This document shows, one piece after another, positions 17,925 through 27,354 of a DNA stretch of 64,000 bases. Location of the stretch: NCBI GenBank assembly GCA_041489155.1, contig JBGPQP010000001.1:32001-96000 (forward strand), given 5' to 3'. The position numbers and the translations under genes are program-made. The stretch is from Candidatus Aenigmatarchaeota archaeon. GTDB taxonomy: Archaea > Aenigmatarchaeota > Aenigmatarchaeia > QMZP01 > QMZT01. The notes beneath the pieces were generated by a model. It did no database searches. It had not been told where the DNA came from and saw only the letters and a program-made list of their open reading frames with translations. Numbering within the stretch: position 1 is the stretch's first letter; each line of letters opens with the position of its first letter.

Positions 17925-19594
17925 TGCCGACAATTGAAATTTCGCTTGAAGATCTCAGCAAAATGTCAGGTAAAAAATTCACAGAGAAATCACTAGGCAA
18001 AGCACTGGAATATGTAAAGGGCGAGATAGAATCAGCCGATGGCGACAGGATAAAAATAGAAATGGCAGATACCAATAGGCCGGACCTGTGGTCAACAGAA
18101 GGCGTAGCGAGAGAACTGCGGGCAAGATTTACGAAAGACAGGGGTCTTCCTAAATTCGCAACCAAGAAATCCGGTTTGATGGTAATAGTCAATAAAAACC
18201 TAGCAGACATAAGGCCAAAAACCGTGTGCGCTGTCGTAAGGGGGCTGAAAATCACCGAAGAATGCCTCTTACAGATGATACAACTGCAGGAGAAGATCTG
18301 CGAAAATTTCGGACGCGGACGGAGGGAGGTTGCGCTTGGGGTGTATGACTACCATAAGCTTTCACCGCCCATATATTACCGTGCTTACGGTCCGCATGAA
18401 ATAAAATTCGTGCCCCTTGATTTCGACAGGGAATTATATCTAAATGAAATACTCGAACAGCATCCAAAAGGCAAGGAATATGGCCAATTGCTGAAAGACA
18501 ATAAAAAATATCCTATTTTCATTGACGCCAAGGGTAACGTGCTTTCGATGCCACCGGTGATAAATTCAAATTATAGCGGCAAGGTAACGCAAGAGACAAG
18601 GGACGTATTCATTGAATGCTCGGGTTTCGATATGAAATTCCTGATGCCTTCGCTTAACATAATGGTGGCTGCTCTTGCAGAACATGGCGGGAGGATTGAA
18701 ACGGTTGACGTGATGTTCCCGAACGGAAAAATCGAGACTCCGGATCTCAAGCCGAAAAAAATAAATGTCAGCCTTAACCGCCTGAAAAAACTTTCAGGCC
18801 TCAATCTGAAAAAAAACCAGATCAAGAACATGCTTCAGAAATCAAGATACGACGTGAAAATCAAGAGGGATAATATGCTGGTATATTATCCTGCATACAG
18901 GCAGGATGTGATGCATGAAGTCGATGTGATAGAAGATGTGATAATATCGTACGGCTACAACAAGATCGAGCCTATGATGCCAAAAATAGCCAGCACAGGC
19001 AGGCTGACGGAAATAAACGAATTTTCCAGGAAAATAGCTGAAATGATGGTCGGCCTTGGAAGCCAAGAAACAATGTCGTACATACTGACGAACAGGGACA
19101 ACCTGGTCAATAGAATGAACCTGGAAGATATGAGAACGATAGAGGTTGAAAACCCAATATCCAAAAACTGGAGCGTCTTCAGGACATGGTTAACACCATC
19201 ACTGATCGAATTCCTCTCAAACAACACCAACAGAGAATATCCGCAAAACATTTTCGAAATCGGCGAAGTGGTTATATACGATGAAAAAACGGAAACAAAG
19301 TCATCAAATCCGACAAGACTCGCGTGGGCTTATGCTGGTTCTGGTGCGAATTTCACAAAAGCGAAGCAACATCTCGATTTTCTATTCAGAAATCTCGGGC
19401 TGGAATACAAAATAGAAGAAACAGAACATGCCTCATTCATACTTGGTAGATCCGGAAGAATATCGGTATCGGGAAAAAATGTCGCCTACATCGGAGAACT
19501 CCATCCAAAGGTTCTTGAAAATTTCGGCATCGAACAGCCTGTTTGCGCCTTCGAAATAAACCTGAGCGATATGCTTGGCATTTTGAAAAAATAG
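17924..19594 (+). CDS. pheT: Phenylalanine--tRNA ligase beta subunit
   Basis: MPTIEIS, DTNRPDLWSTEGVAR, LSMPPVINS, PAYRQDVMHEVDVIEDV. Confidence 0.97.
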   Translation: MPTIEISLEDLSKMSGKKFTEKSLGKALEYVKGEIESADGDRIKIEMADTNRPDLWSTEGVARELRARFTKDRGLPKFATKKSGLMVIVNKNLADIRPKTVCAVVRGLKITEECLLQMIQLQEKICENFGRGRREVALGVYDYHKLSPPIYYRAYGPHEIKFVPLDFDRELYLNEILEQHPKGKEYGQLLKDNKKYPIFIDAKGNVLSMPPVINSNYSGKVTQETRDVFIECSGFDMKFLMPSLNIMVAALAEHGGRIETVDVMFPNGKIETPDLKPKKINVSLNRLKKLSGLNLKKNQIKNMLQKSRYDVKIKRDNMLVYYPAYRQDVMHEVDVIEDVIISYGYNKIEPMMPKIASTGRLTEINEFSRKIAEMMVGLGSQETMSYILTNRDNLVNRMNLEDMRTIEVENPISKNWSVFRTWLTPSLIEFLSNNTNREYPQNIFEIGEVVIYDEKTETKSSNPTRLAWAYAGSGANFTKAKQHLDFLFRNLGLEYKIEETEHASFILGRSGRISVSGKNVAYIGELHPKVLENFGIEQPVCAFEINLSDMLGILKK

Positions 19595-19597
19595 CTT

Positions 19598-20362
19598 TTA
19601 TCTGGAAGAAAGCCAGTTGAACAGGCGGAAGCTGAATGGTATTCTAGGTTCATAAACCTCGCCGATCAAAGCTGCCGCCAACGCACGTATGTGCTGGGCG
19701 GCAGGCGATTTCGGGTTGTAAGTCATGACTGGTTCTTTTAGGGCGATGGCTTTCCTCACCTCCCTGTCTTCCGGTATTTTTCCTATCGCCGGAAGGTTCA
19801 GCATCTTCTCTATCTGTTCTATTGGAAGTTCGTGTGTTTCTCCTTTTATCCTGTTGACAACCACTCCGAGATTGTGGGTGGAGTATCTTTTTGCTATAAG
19901 GCTTAATTTAAGGGCGTCCGTCACGGCCGGAAGCTCCGGGTTGGTTACTGTTATCAGCTCGTCTGCAGCCTCTATCGCTGCGAGGGAATCCTTGCCGAGT
20001 CCGGCTGGCGAATCTATCAGTATGAAATCATTTCCATCAAGCAATTTGTACAGCACATCGATATAATGGTGTGATTTTATGTTCCTCTGCCGTCTTAATG
20101 AAATGTCCGCCGGAATTATTTTGAAGCCTGCTTTGTGCGTATATATAACATCCTTTATTCTTGCCCTGCCTTCGAAAACATCGTGAAGTGTTTTGGGATA
20201 AAGATGCATCCCGAGGTGAAGAGCGAGATTGGAGGTTGTGAGGTTGGCATCAACAGCCAGGACGGATTTCCCGTATTGCGCCAAGGCAGCCGAAAGATTG
20301 GAAACAAGCGTTGTCTTGCCAACGCCGCCCTTGCCAGAAGATATGGCTATTATTCTAGTCAT
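19598..20362 (-). CDS. minD: MinD family ATPase
   Basis: Deviant Walker A SGKGGVGKTT, VDANL, IDSPAGLG, VVVNR, IPEDREVRKA. Confidence 0.9.
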   Translation of the reverse strand: MTRIIAISSGKGGVGKTTLVSNLSAALAQYGKSVLAVDANLTTSNLALHLGMHLYPKTLHDVFEGRARIKDVIYTHKAGFKIIPADISLRRQRNIKSHHYIDVLYKLLDGNDFILIDSPAGLGKDSLAAIEAADELITVTNPELPAVTDALKLSLIAKRYSTHNLGVVVNRIKGETHELPIEQIEKMLNLPAIGKIPEDREVRKAIALKEPVMTYNPKSPAAQHIRALAAALIGEVYEPRIPFSFRLFNWLSSR

Positions 20363-20455
20363 GTTTATAGATTTATCTTCGAAAAGTTATAAATCCATAT
20401 TGTTTCGATTATGCGGCGGCCTGAATTGCAAATTCAAGTCGTGATAAATTAATTA

Positions 20456-20569
20456 CGGACCTGGGGGGATTCGAACCCCCGACCTTTAGCTTAGGAGGCT
20501 ACCGCTCTATTGTCGACCGAAGCAGACTATGTCTGCTTACTACGAAGTTTCCAACTGAGCTACAGGTCC
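20456..20569 (-). tRNA. tRNA-Arg(CCU) with a 40-nt non-canonical D-loop intron (20510-20549)
   Basis: Acceptor GGACCTG/CAGGTCC, D-stem GCTC/GAGC, anticodon loop CT-CCT-AA, T arm GGGGG-TTCGAAT-CCCCC; BHB GTTG/CGAC with GAA and AAT bulges. Confidence 0.93.
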
Positions 20570-20591
20570 ATGGCTGCCATGATGCTTTATT

Positions 20592-22427
20592 CTATAGTTT
20601 GAACAGGTTTTTAAAGAAATTCAGTACTCCGTTTATAGCCGCCGAGAACCAGTTGTCTTCCTTCTTTGAGACCAAGCTGCCGGTTGGGGTTTTTATTTGC
20701 TTTTCTTTGGGATTTTCATTTTTATTGTTTGTAGCATTTTCCTTTTCCAAGGTCTCGTTTGCCTGTTCACTGTCCTGGCCGCCGGTTTTTTGCTGCATTT
20801 CTTCTGACGGTTCTTTCACGAGTATGTCCCGTGTGATATCATGCTCCTTTCCGTCATAGATTATTTTGATACGCAGCTTATACCTGCCGGGCTCGGTATC
20901 ATTTGAAATTCTGTTATTTAGGGTAACTGTGGTTGAGTTTCTTGTAGTAACTTCAACTTTATTGGCGTTCCACGTGTTGAGCCATTTCTTTCCGTCAAAA
21001 CCGAGTGATAGCGGCTTATTGCCATCATAAATGTACGAGTATACCGTGAAGTTCTTCTCCTGCGGTGTCTTCAGCAGCAGTTTTATTGCAAGTTCGGCGT
21101 TTTTGGCTATTTCATCTGGACACGAAATTATTTCGAAATCCTTGGACACTTCATTAGGTTTTTCCGAATTATTGATTTTTTGACAAGGCGGGCAGGCGGA
21201 AGAGGAACAGGGTTTCGAGGTTTCAATCGTCTTTATTTTGCAGAAAGAACCGGAACTTCCTTCTATGTTTATTTGTTTTTCGTTGCTACCGTTAAGGCCT
21301 TCAATTTTTATAAAATACGTTCCATTCGGCAATACACCATCACAATTTGGACTTATCTGCAAAGGCACGGAAATCGTGTAATTCGAGAATTTGGTATATA
21401 TGTTGAAAGTTGTCTTGCCGGCCTTCCTGCCTTCGGTATCTTCAATCCGCATTTCAACCGCGTTCTTCGTCGTATCGCCCTTGTAAATATTTATCATGAC
21501 CTCTATTTCGTCGCCAAACCTCGCCTTCCCGTCAGAACCAAGTCCAGCATCAATGATGGAGATGCTGGAATCGGAAACCGGCGTGTCGCCTTCAACGACA
21601 ATGATTTTTTCTGCACGATTGTTCGAAACATTGGTGTCATTGCATTTGGCATCGGTTATTATTGCATTTATTTTATATCCTTCTGTTCCTGCCAAGGCGG
21701 GCGGAGTCCATGATTTTACAGTGGCCGTGTTGTTGGTTTTTGTTTTCGGCTTCAGAATATTGTCAAAAAAATCTTCTATCCAGTATTCAACCTCAGCTGC
21801 GTTTTCTGTTCCATTTAAATTTTTCACAACCAGTCTGAAACTGTTGCCCTTGCCCACCGCAAAAATTTCTTCGCTTTCTATGCTTATTGACATGTCGCAC
21901 TCACCATCTGTGGCGTTTGTCTGGTTAGCTGTTTGGTTCGTCTCGCTTACGCAAATATTTGGCAAACCGGGAGTAGAAATATTCTGTCTGACTAGTGTTT
22001 TTCCGCAAAGCCCATAAGAAATGTTTTTGGCAGCATTGAAATATTCGATTCGGCTTGTCTCGTTAGAACCATTAAGAATAGATATGTTGTCAGAGCTGTC
22101 TGCAAGCCTCATCCTGCTGTTTTCAAAAATCTTTATGTTGGTTGGTTTCCACATGCCTGAGAAAACGCTGGCGTTTTTGGTGATTATTATGAATTCCCCT
22201 TGCAGGATTGTGCCATTGAGACGTGTTAACGTAGACTCGCCTGTGTCTACACTGATATTTTCTATCACCTCATCTTGATCGCTGGCAAGTTCTATCCACT
22301 CTGAGCATTGGGAACAAGTATCGTTGGGAGCAGGCATAAATTCATTAACAAACAGGGCTTCAGCATCTGAAGGGTATATGAGCAAGATAATAACTAGGCA
22401 AAATACAATGCAGCATCTCAAGTCCAT
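20592..22427 (-). CDS. Secreted lamin-tail-domain / Ig-like surface protein
   Basis: Signal peptide, LFVNEFMPAP...SEWIEL (LTD-like), NISTPGLPN, many sequons and Cys pairs; C-terminal TPTGSLV...FFKNLF tail. Confidence 0.7.
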   Translation of the reverse strand: MDLRCCIVFCLVIILLIYPSDAEALFVNEFMPAPNDTCSQCSEWIELASDQDEVIENISVDTGESTLTRLNGTILQGEFIIITKNASVFSGMWKPTNIKIFENSRMRLADSSDNISILNGSNETSRIEYFNAAKNISYGLCGKTLVRQNISTPGLPNICVSETNQTANQTNATDGECDMSISIESEEIFAVGKGNSFRLVVKNLNGTENAAEVEYWIEDFFDNILKPKTKTNNTATVKSWTPPALAGTEGYKINAIITDAKCNDTNVSNNRAEKIIVVEGDTPVSDSSISIIDAGLGSDGKARFGDEIEVMINIYKGDTTKNAVEMRIEDTEGRKAGKTTFNIYTKFSNYTISVPLQISPNCDGVLPNGTYFIKIEGLNGSNEKQINIEGSSGSFCKIKTIETSKPCSSSACPPCQKINNSEKPNEVSKDFEIISCPDEIAKNAELAIKLLLKTPQEKNFTVYSYIYDGNKPLSLGFDGKKWLNTWNANKVEVTTRNSTTVTLNNRISNDTEPGRYKLRIKIIYDGKEHDITRDILVKEPSEEMQQKTGGQDSEQANETLEKENATNNKNENPKEKQIKTPTGSLVSKKEDNWFSAAINGVLNFFKNLFKL

Positions 22428-22490
22428 GAAACTAAAATGAAATATATATTAAAATATCTATGTTTAAACATTTGTTTAAACATCGCCGGC

Positions 22491-23027
22491 TCAGAGTTCC
22501 CGGCAGTCGTAGCAAATCCATCTGCCATTGACGTTTCTAAGATCTTCTGTGAATTCCCCGCATTTCTCGCATATGCCTGAGATGGCCTGATCCGGCCTTG
22601 CGACGGCCTCTGCTTTCGCCTTCAATCTCTCCGAAAGAATTTCGATAAGCTCAGGGGACACTATCAGGACCTCTTTAGTCGAAACTATTCCCTTGAGCTC
22701 GTTGTTATAAACTACGGGGAATCTTTTGTAGCCAGTTTTCAGCATTTTCTTGGCGACTTTCATCAGGCTCTCTTCCGGAGAAACTGTCATGAAAGGTCTT
22801 TTAAGGCTCTTCCAGAAATCTCCTGCCCTGACTCTTCTCAGATCCTTGTCTTTTGCGACGAGAGTCACTATGTCATTCGTTGTTACTAGACCGTTCGGTT
22901 TCTGTCTGTCCACTATAACAACGCAGCCTATTTTGTTGTTTGTAAGAATCTTCGCTATCGTCGACATGTTCATTTTTGGATCCACTGTGACAACGTGCTT
23001 CTTCATTACGTCTTTTACTCTTATCAT
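22491..23027 (-). CDS. CBS-pair protein with C-terminal zinc ribbon
   Basis: VKDVM, KIGCVVIV, YKRFPVV; GICEKCG...WICYDC. Confidence 0.88.
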   Translation of the reverse strand: MIRVKDVMKKHVVTVDPKMNMSTIAKILTNNKIGCVVIVDRQKPNGLVTTNDIVTLVAKDKDLRRVRAGDFWKSLKRPFMTVSPEESLMKVAKKMLKTGYKRFPVVYNNELKGIVSTKEVLIVSPELIEILSERLKAKAEAVARPDQAISGICEKCGEFTEDLRNVNGRWICYDCREL

Positions 23028-23099
23028 TTTATCCCCAGATTATTATTGTACCAGATGTTTTTAAACCTTCTTCGCTGCAGCTACCAATATCGGTTTTCG

Positions 23100-25832
23100 T
23101 TATTTCATTTTTTCTTTTATTTTCGCCTGCGCGGCAGCGAGTCTCGCTATCGGAACCCTGAAAGGCGAGCAGCTTACATAATCCATGCCGACCTTGTGGC
23201 AGAATTCTATGGATTTCGGGTCTCCTCCGTGTTCTCCGCATATTCCGATTTCCAAGTTTTTTCTGGTTTTCCTCCCGCGCTCAATTCCGATTTTTATCAG
23301 CTCGCCTATGCCTTCCTGGTCGATGGACTGGAAAGGATCTTCGGGCAGTATGCCATTTTTTATATACTCCGGAAGGAAGCTGCCTATGTCGTCTCTTGAG
23401 AAACCGAAACCCATCTGGGTCAGATCGTTGGTTCCGAAGGAGAAGAATTCAGACACCTCTGCAAGCCTGTTCGCGAGTATTGATGCCCTGGGTATCTCTA
23501 TCATGGTTCCGAACATGTGCCTTATGTTTTTCAGCTTGTATTTAGCAAGCACTTCCTGATAGACTGTTTTTAATATTTCATACTGGTTTTTCAATTCCTT
23601 GACATCCGAAACAACTGGTATCATTATTTCAGGCCAGGGCTTTTTGCCTTCTTTTATAAGCTCGGCAGCTGCCTCAAATATCGCACGTATCTGGGCTTCT
23701 GATATCTCTTTGTACGTTATTCCGAGGCGGACGCCACGATGGCCCATCATCGGGTTTGATTCGTGAAGATTCTCTGCTCTCTGTTCCAATTCATCAAGAG
23801 AGATGTTCAAGTCATTTGCGAGCTGCCGTAATTTTTCACTGTCTTTTGGAACGAATTCATGCAGAGGCGGGTCCAACAAACGTATGACCACCGGGAACCC
23901 ATGCATCGTCTCAAGAGTTCCCTTGATGTCCTTTTTCATGTAGGGAAAAAGCTCCTGCAACGCTCTCCTCCTTTCATCTTCTGTTTTTGATACTATCATT
24001 TTGCGCAGGATGAACAAAGGCTGTTCAGAGCCTTTTCCGTAAAACATGTGTTCTGTCCTGAAAAGGCCGATGCCCTCTGCCCCGAATAGCCTTGCCTTCG
24101 CTGCGTCTTCCGGCGTGTCGGCATTTGTTCGGACTCCCAGCTTCCTTACAGAATCGCAAAGCCTGAGGAATTCCTTAAGTTTCTTGTTCTCCTCCATCGC
24201 ATCTATCATGGGAAGCTGTCCTTCGTATACAACGCCTTTTGTACCGTTAACCGTGATCCAGTCTCCTTCCTTTACAAGCTTCCCTTCTGCGTGGATTTCT
24301 CTTTTTTCCATGTCGATATGAAGCGCGCCAGCCCCTACTATGCAGGATTTGCCCCACCCTCTTGCAACGAGCGCGGCATGCGAAGTCATGCCGCCGCGGG
24401 CTGTAAGGATGGCATGCGCAGCCCTCATGCCCTCAACGTCCTCCGGATTTGTCTCCTCCCTTACGAGAATAACTTTCTTGCCCTGTCTGGTCCATTCTAC
24501 AGCGTCCTTTGCGCTGAACACCACTTGGCCAGAAGCGCCTCCTGGCCCTGCAGGAAGGCCCTTGGCAATTGGTTTTTTGGCGGCCTCTGCCTTCGGGTCG
24601 ATCACCGGGTGAAGCAATTCGTCAAGCTGGCTGGGCGTGACGCGCATTATCGCCTCTTCCCTGCTTATCAATCTTTCCCTGAACATATCGAGTGCCATTG
24701 CGATTGCAGCGGGGCCATTCCTTTTGCCGACCCTGCACTGCAGCATGTAGAACTTGTCTTTCTCTATCGTGAACTCAATGTCCTGCATGTCTCTGTAATG
24801 CCTTTCCAGGCGCTTTTGATATTCAAAAAGCTCCTTGTAAAGTTTAGGCATTGCTTTTTCAAGCGTGACCAGCGACTTGTTTTGCTCTGATTTAGAATAT
24901 TCGTTTACCGGAGCAGGCGTTCTTATGCCGGCGACAACGTCCTCGCCTTGGGCGTTTATCAGGTACTCGCCATAGAATCGGTTATCTCCGTTACCAGGGT
25001 TTCTGGTAAAGCCCACGCCAGTCGCCGAATCACTTCCCATGTTTCCGAAAACCATGGTCTGGACATTAACTGCAGTCCCCCAGTCGTCCGGTATGTTCTC
25101 TATGCGGCGATAAGCGACTGCGCGTTTCCCGTTCCATGAGGCGAACACCGCTCCTACCCCTCCCCACAACTGCTGGTTGTGATCGTCGGGGAAGTCCTTT
25201 TTCAGCACTTCTTTCACCTTTTCCTTGAAAAGGCTGCAAAGTTTTTTGAGATCGTCCGCTGTAAGATCTGTGTCGCTTTTGTATCCCTTCTGCTTTTTCA
25301 TGTCGTCCATTATCCTGTCGAGCTGCTTGCGTATTCCGGCCTCGTCGTTCTTGGGTTCAATTCCTGCTGCCTTCTCCATGACGACATCTGAATACATCAT
25401 TATCAGCCTTCTGTAGGCGTCATACACGAAGCGCTCATTGCCGCTGTGTTTCACAAGACCGGGAATGGTTTTATCAGTGAGACCGATGTTAAGCACGGTT
25501 TCCATCATGCCTGGCATCGAGCGCCTTGCGCCGGAACGGACAGAAACAAGAAGCGGGTTGTCAGGATCACCGAATTTTTTGTGCGTGAGGGACTCTATCC
25601 TTCTCATCGCCTTTTCAACATTTTCCTTGAGTCCAGTAGGGTATTTTTTGTTTTTATTATAATAGTACATGCAAACCTCAGTTGTAATGGTGAAACCGGG
25701 AGGCACCGGGAGGCGAAGATCTTTATGCCCCGCCATTTCCGCAAGGTTCGCTCCCTTGCCACCGAGGAGCTCTTTCATTTTTTCATTACCATCCGCCTTT
25801 CCCCCGCCGAAAAAGTAAACCATCTTCTTCAT
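23100..25832 (-). CDS. ppdK: Pyruvate, phosphate dikinase
   Basis: LLGGKGANLAEM, VSVRSGA, GGMTSHAALVARG (phospho-His), GIGLFRTEHMF, FSFGTNDLTQ, GICGEHGGDP. Confidence 0.98.
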   Translation of the reverse strand: MKKMVYFFGGGKADGNEKMKELLGGKGANLAEMAGHKDLRLPVPPGFTITTEVCMYYYNKNKKYPTGLKENVEKAMRRIESLTHKKFGDPDNPLLVSVRSGARRSMPGMMETVLNIGLTDKTIPGLVKHSGNERFVYDAYRRLIMMYSDVVMEKAAGIEPKNDEAGIRKQLDRIMDDMKKQKGYKSDTDLTADDLKKLCSLFKEKVKEVLKKDFPDDHNQQLWGGVGAVFASWNGKRAVAYRRIENIPDDWGTAVNVQTMVFGNMGSDSATGVGFTRNPGNGDNRFYGEYLINAQGEDVVAGIRTPAPVNEYSKSEQNKSLVTLEKAMPKLYKELFEYQKRLERHYRDMQDIEFTIEKDKFYMLQCRVGKRNGPAAIAMALDMFRERLISREEAIMRVTPSQLDELLHPVIDPKAEAAKKPIAKGLPAGPGGASGQVVFSAKDAVEWTRQGKKVILVREETNPEDVEGMRAAHAILTARGGMTSHAALVARGWGKSCIVGAGALHIDMEKREIHAEGKLVKEGDWITVNGTKGVVYEGQLPMIDAMEENKKLKEFLRLCDSVRKLGVRTNADTPEDAAKARLFGAEGIGLFRTEHMFYGKGSEQPLFILRKMIVSKTEDERRRALQELFPYMKKDIKGTLETMHGFPVVIRLLDPPLHEFVPKDSEKLRQLANDLNISLDELEQRAENLHESNPMMGHRGVRLGITYKEISEAQIRAIFEAAAELIKEGKKPWPEIMIPVVSDVKELKNQYEILKTVYQEVLAKYKLKNIRHMFGTMIEIPRASILANRLAEVSEFFSFGTNDLTQMGFGFSRDDIGSFLPEYIKNGILPEDPFQSIDQEGIGELIKIGIERGRKTRKNLEIGICGEHGGDPKSIEFCHKVGMDYVSCSPFRVPIARLAAAQAKIKEKMK

Positions 25833-25944
25833 ATTATCATCCCGCCTTTATCCTTTTTCAATAGTTGTTAAGCATTCCTATAAGGATTAAATCTGTGTCT
25901 TTTTATTTTAAAATATATATTAAAGCCGGTCCAAACTTATATAT

Positions 25945-26424
25945 ATGGGCATGAAAGGGGTGTCACCAGTAATAGCCAGCGTGCTGCTAATCGGCATAAC
26001 CGTCGCGATCGGCGTCATGCTGTCGTCATGGTTGACGCACTGGGTCTCCACAAGAACGCAACAGGCGAGCAGCGCGTGCGTGACGAGCACGAATTACAGG
26101 ATCGATACAGCGATCTTCTCTTCAGTGACCGATAACGCCACAATAATAATAACCAATCTTGGAAGCGTTGAGCTTTACGGCTTCAGCGTGCAGGTGATGA
26201 ACAAAACGGATGTTTCGGTTTTCAATTCAAGCGACTCCAGATTCAGGATAAGCCCGAACATAACACAGACTAGTCCCCTGAAAGAGCAGAGGTCTGCCAT
26301 AATCATACTGGATATGAATGGAGATTATGAATCGAATCTCGGAAGCACAGCGGACTTGATAAAGGTCCTCAACAGCGCATGCCCGACGTCTTCGGCCGAG
26401 ACTTCGAGCATAATAAAGGAGTGA
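25945..26424 (+). CDS. Archaeal type IV pilin (class III signal peptide)
   Basis: MKG|VSPVIASVLLIGITVAIG. Confidence 0.88.
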   Translation: MGMKGVSPVIASVLLIGITVAIGVMLSSWLTHWVSTRTQQASSACVTSTNYRIDTAIFSSVTDNATIIITNLGSVELYGFSVQVMNKTDVSVFNSSDSRFRISPNITQTSPLKEQRSAIIILDMNGDYESNLGSTADLIKVLNSACPTSSAETSSIIKE

Positions 26425-26891
26425 TGAAGATGAGAAAAGGAATATCCCCGCTGATATCAGTTATAATGTTGATAGCTTTTACGATGATAGTCGCCGGTAT
26501 TCTGGCAGGATGGGCAACGCAGTTCGTTACGCAGAGCCGTTCAGAACTGCAATTCTGTTCCAAGGCACAAGTTTTGATACAAAGGGCATACTATAACAAC
26601 GATTCCAAGACCCTCAGCCTTGCGTTGTTCAATACAGGTGATGTCCCTCTGCACGGGTTTTCGGTCAGGATAACTTACAACAATGAATCCTTAATGTCGA
26701 CGAAGTTTGAAACCCTGAACATATCATTCCAGGAAATAAAAACAATAAACCTGCCTGCAGATGACCTGCTCAATCAACTCGCTGTCGATGACACGATAAA
26801 GCAGGTAGTGGTGCAGTCGATGGAATGCAGGGGCGCGCAGGACCTAGTTGGCAGGTATGATATACAGGGCCTTGGCTTCAAGGCATACTAA
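26424..26891 (+). CDS. Archaeal type IV pilin (class III signal peptide)
   Basis: MRKG|ISPLISVIMLIAFTMIVAG; start overlaps the previous stop (TGATG). Confidence 0.88.
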   Translation: MKMRKGISPLISVIMLIAFTMIVAGILAGWATQFVTQSRSELQFCSKAQVLIQRAYYNNDSKTLSLALFNTGDVPLHGFSVRITYNNESLMSTKFETLNISFQEIKTINLPADDLLNQLAVDDTIKQVVVQSMECRGAQDLVGRYDIQGLGFKAY

Positions 26892-26938
26892 ACCATAGGA
26901 GCAAGCTGTTTTTATTTATTTTAAGCGTAATTCTTTCT

Positions 26939-27349
26939 ATGAAGTTCAAGTTTGTTAGCGATCTGACTTCGGACGTTGTTTTCGAGGCGTACGGGAAGGA
27001 TCTGAAGGAAGTTTTTGAAAACGCAGCCATCGCTCTATTCAGCGTGATATGCGATATCAAGAAAGTGAACCCTCTCATGAGAAAGGATGCCGAAGTCCAA
27101 GGCAAAGATGCCAAAGATCTTATGTTCAACTGGCTCCAGACCCTGATAAGCATGGTCGACATCGAGTGTGCCTTTTTCTCAAAATTCGAAATAAAAAAAA
27201 TATCCGAAAAACATTTGAAGGCACAGGTCTATGGTGAGGATGCCGAACCGAAAAAGGGCCTTACTGTCGTGAAGGCCGTGACCTATTACAAGTTCAACTT
27301 GGAAGAAACAAAAAGCGGGTACAAGGTAACAGTGGCGCTGGATATATAG
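26939..27349 (+). CDS. Archease (RtcB cofactor)
   Basis: LTSDVVFEAYGKDLKEVFENAA...VKAVTYY...ALDI; adjacent to rtcB. Confidence 0.93.
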   Translation: MKFKFVSDLTSDVVFEAYGKDLKEVFENAAIALFSVICDIKKVNPLMRKDAEVQGKDAKDLMFNWLQTLISMVDIECAFFSKFEIKKISEKHLKAQVYGEDAEPKKGLTVVKAVTYYKFNLEETKSGYKVTVALDI

Positions 27350-27354
27350 CTTGT

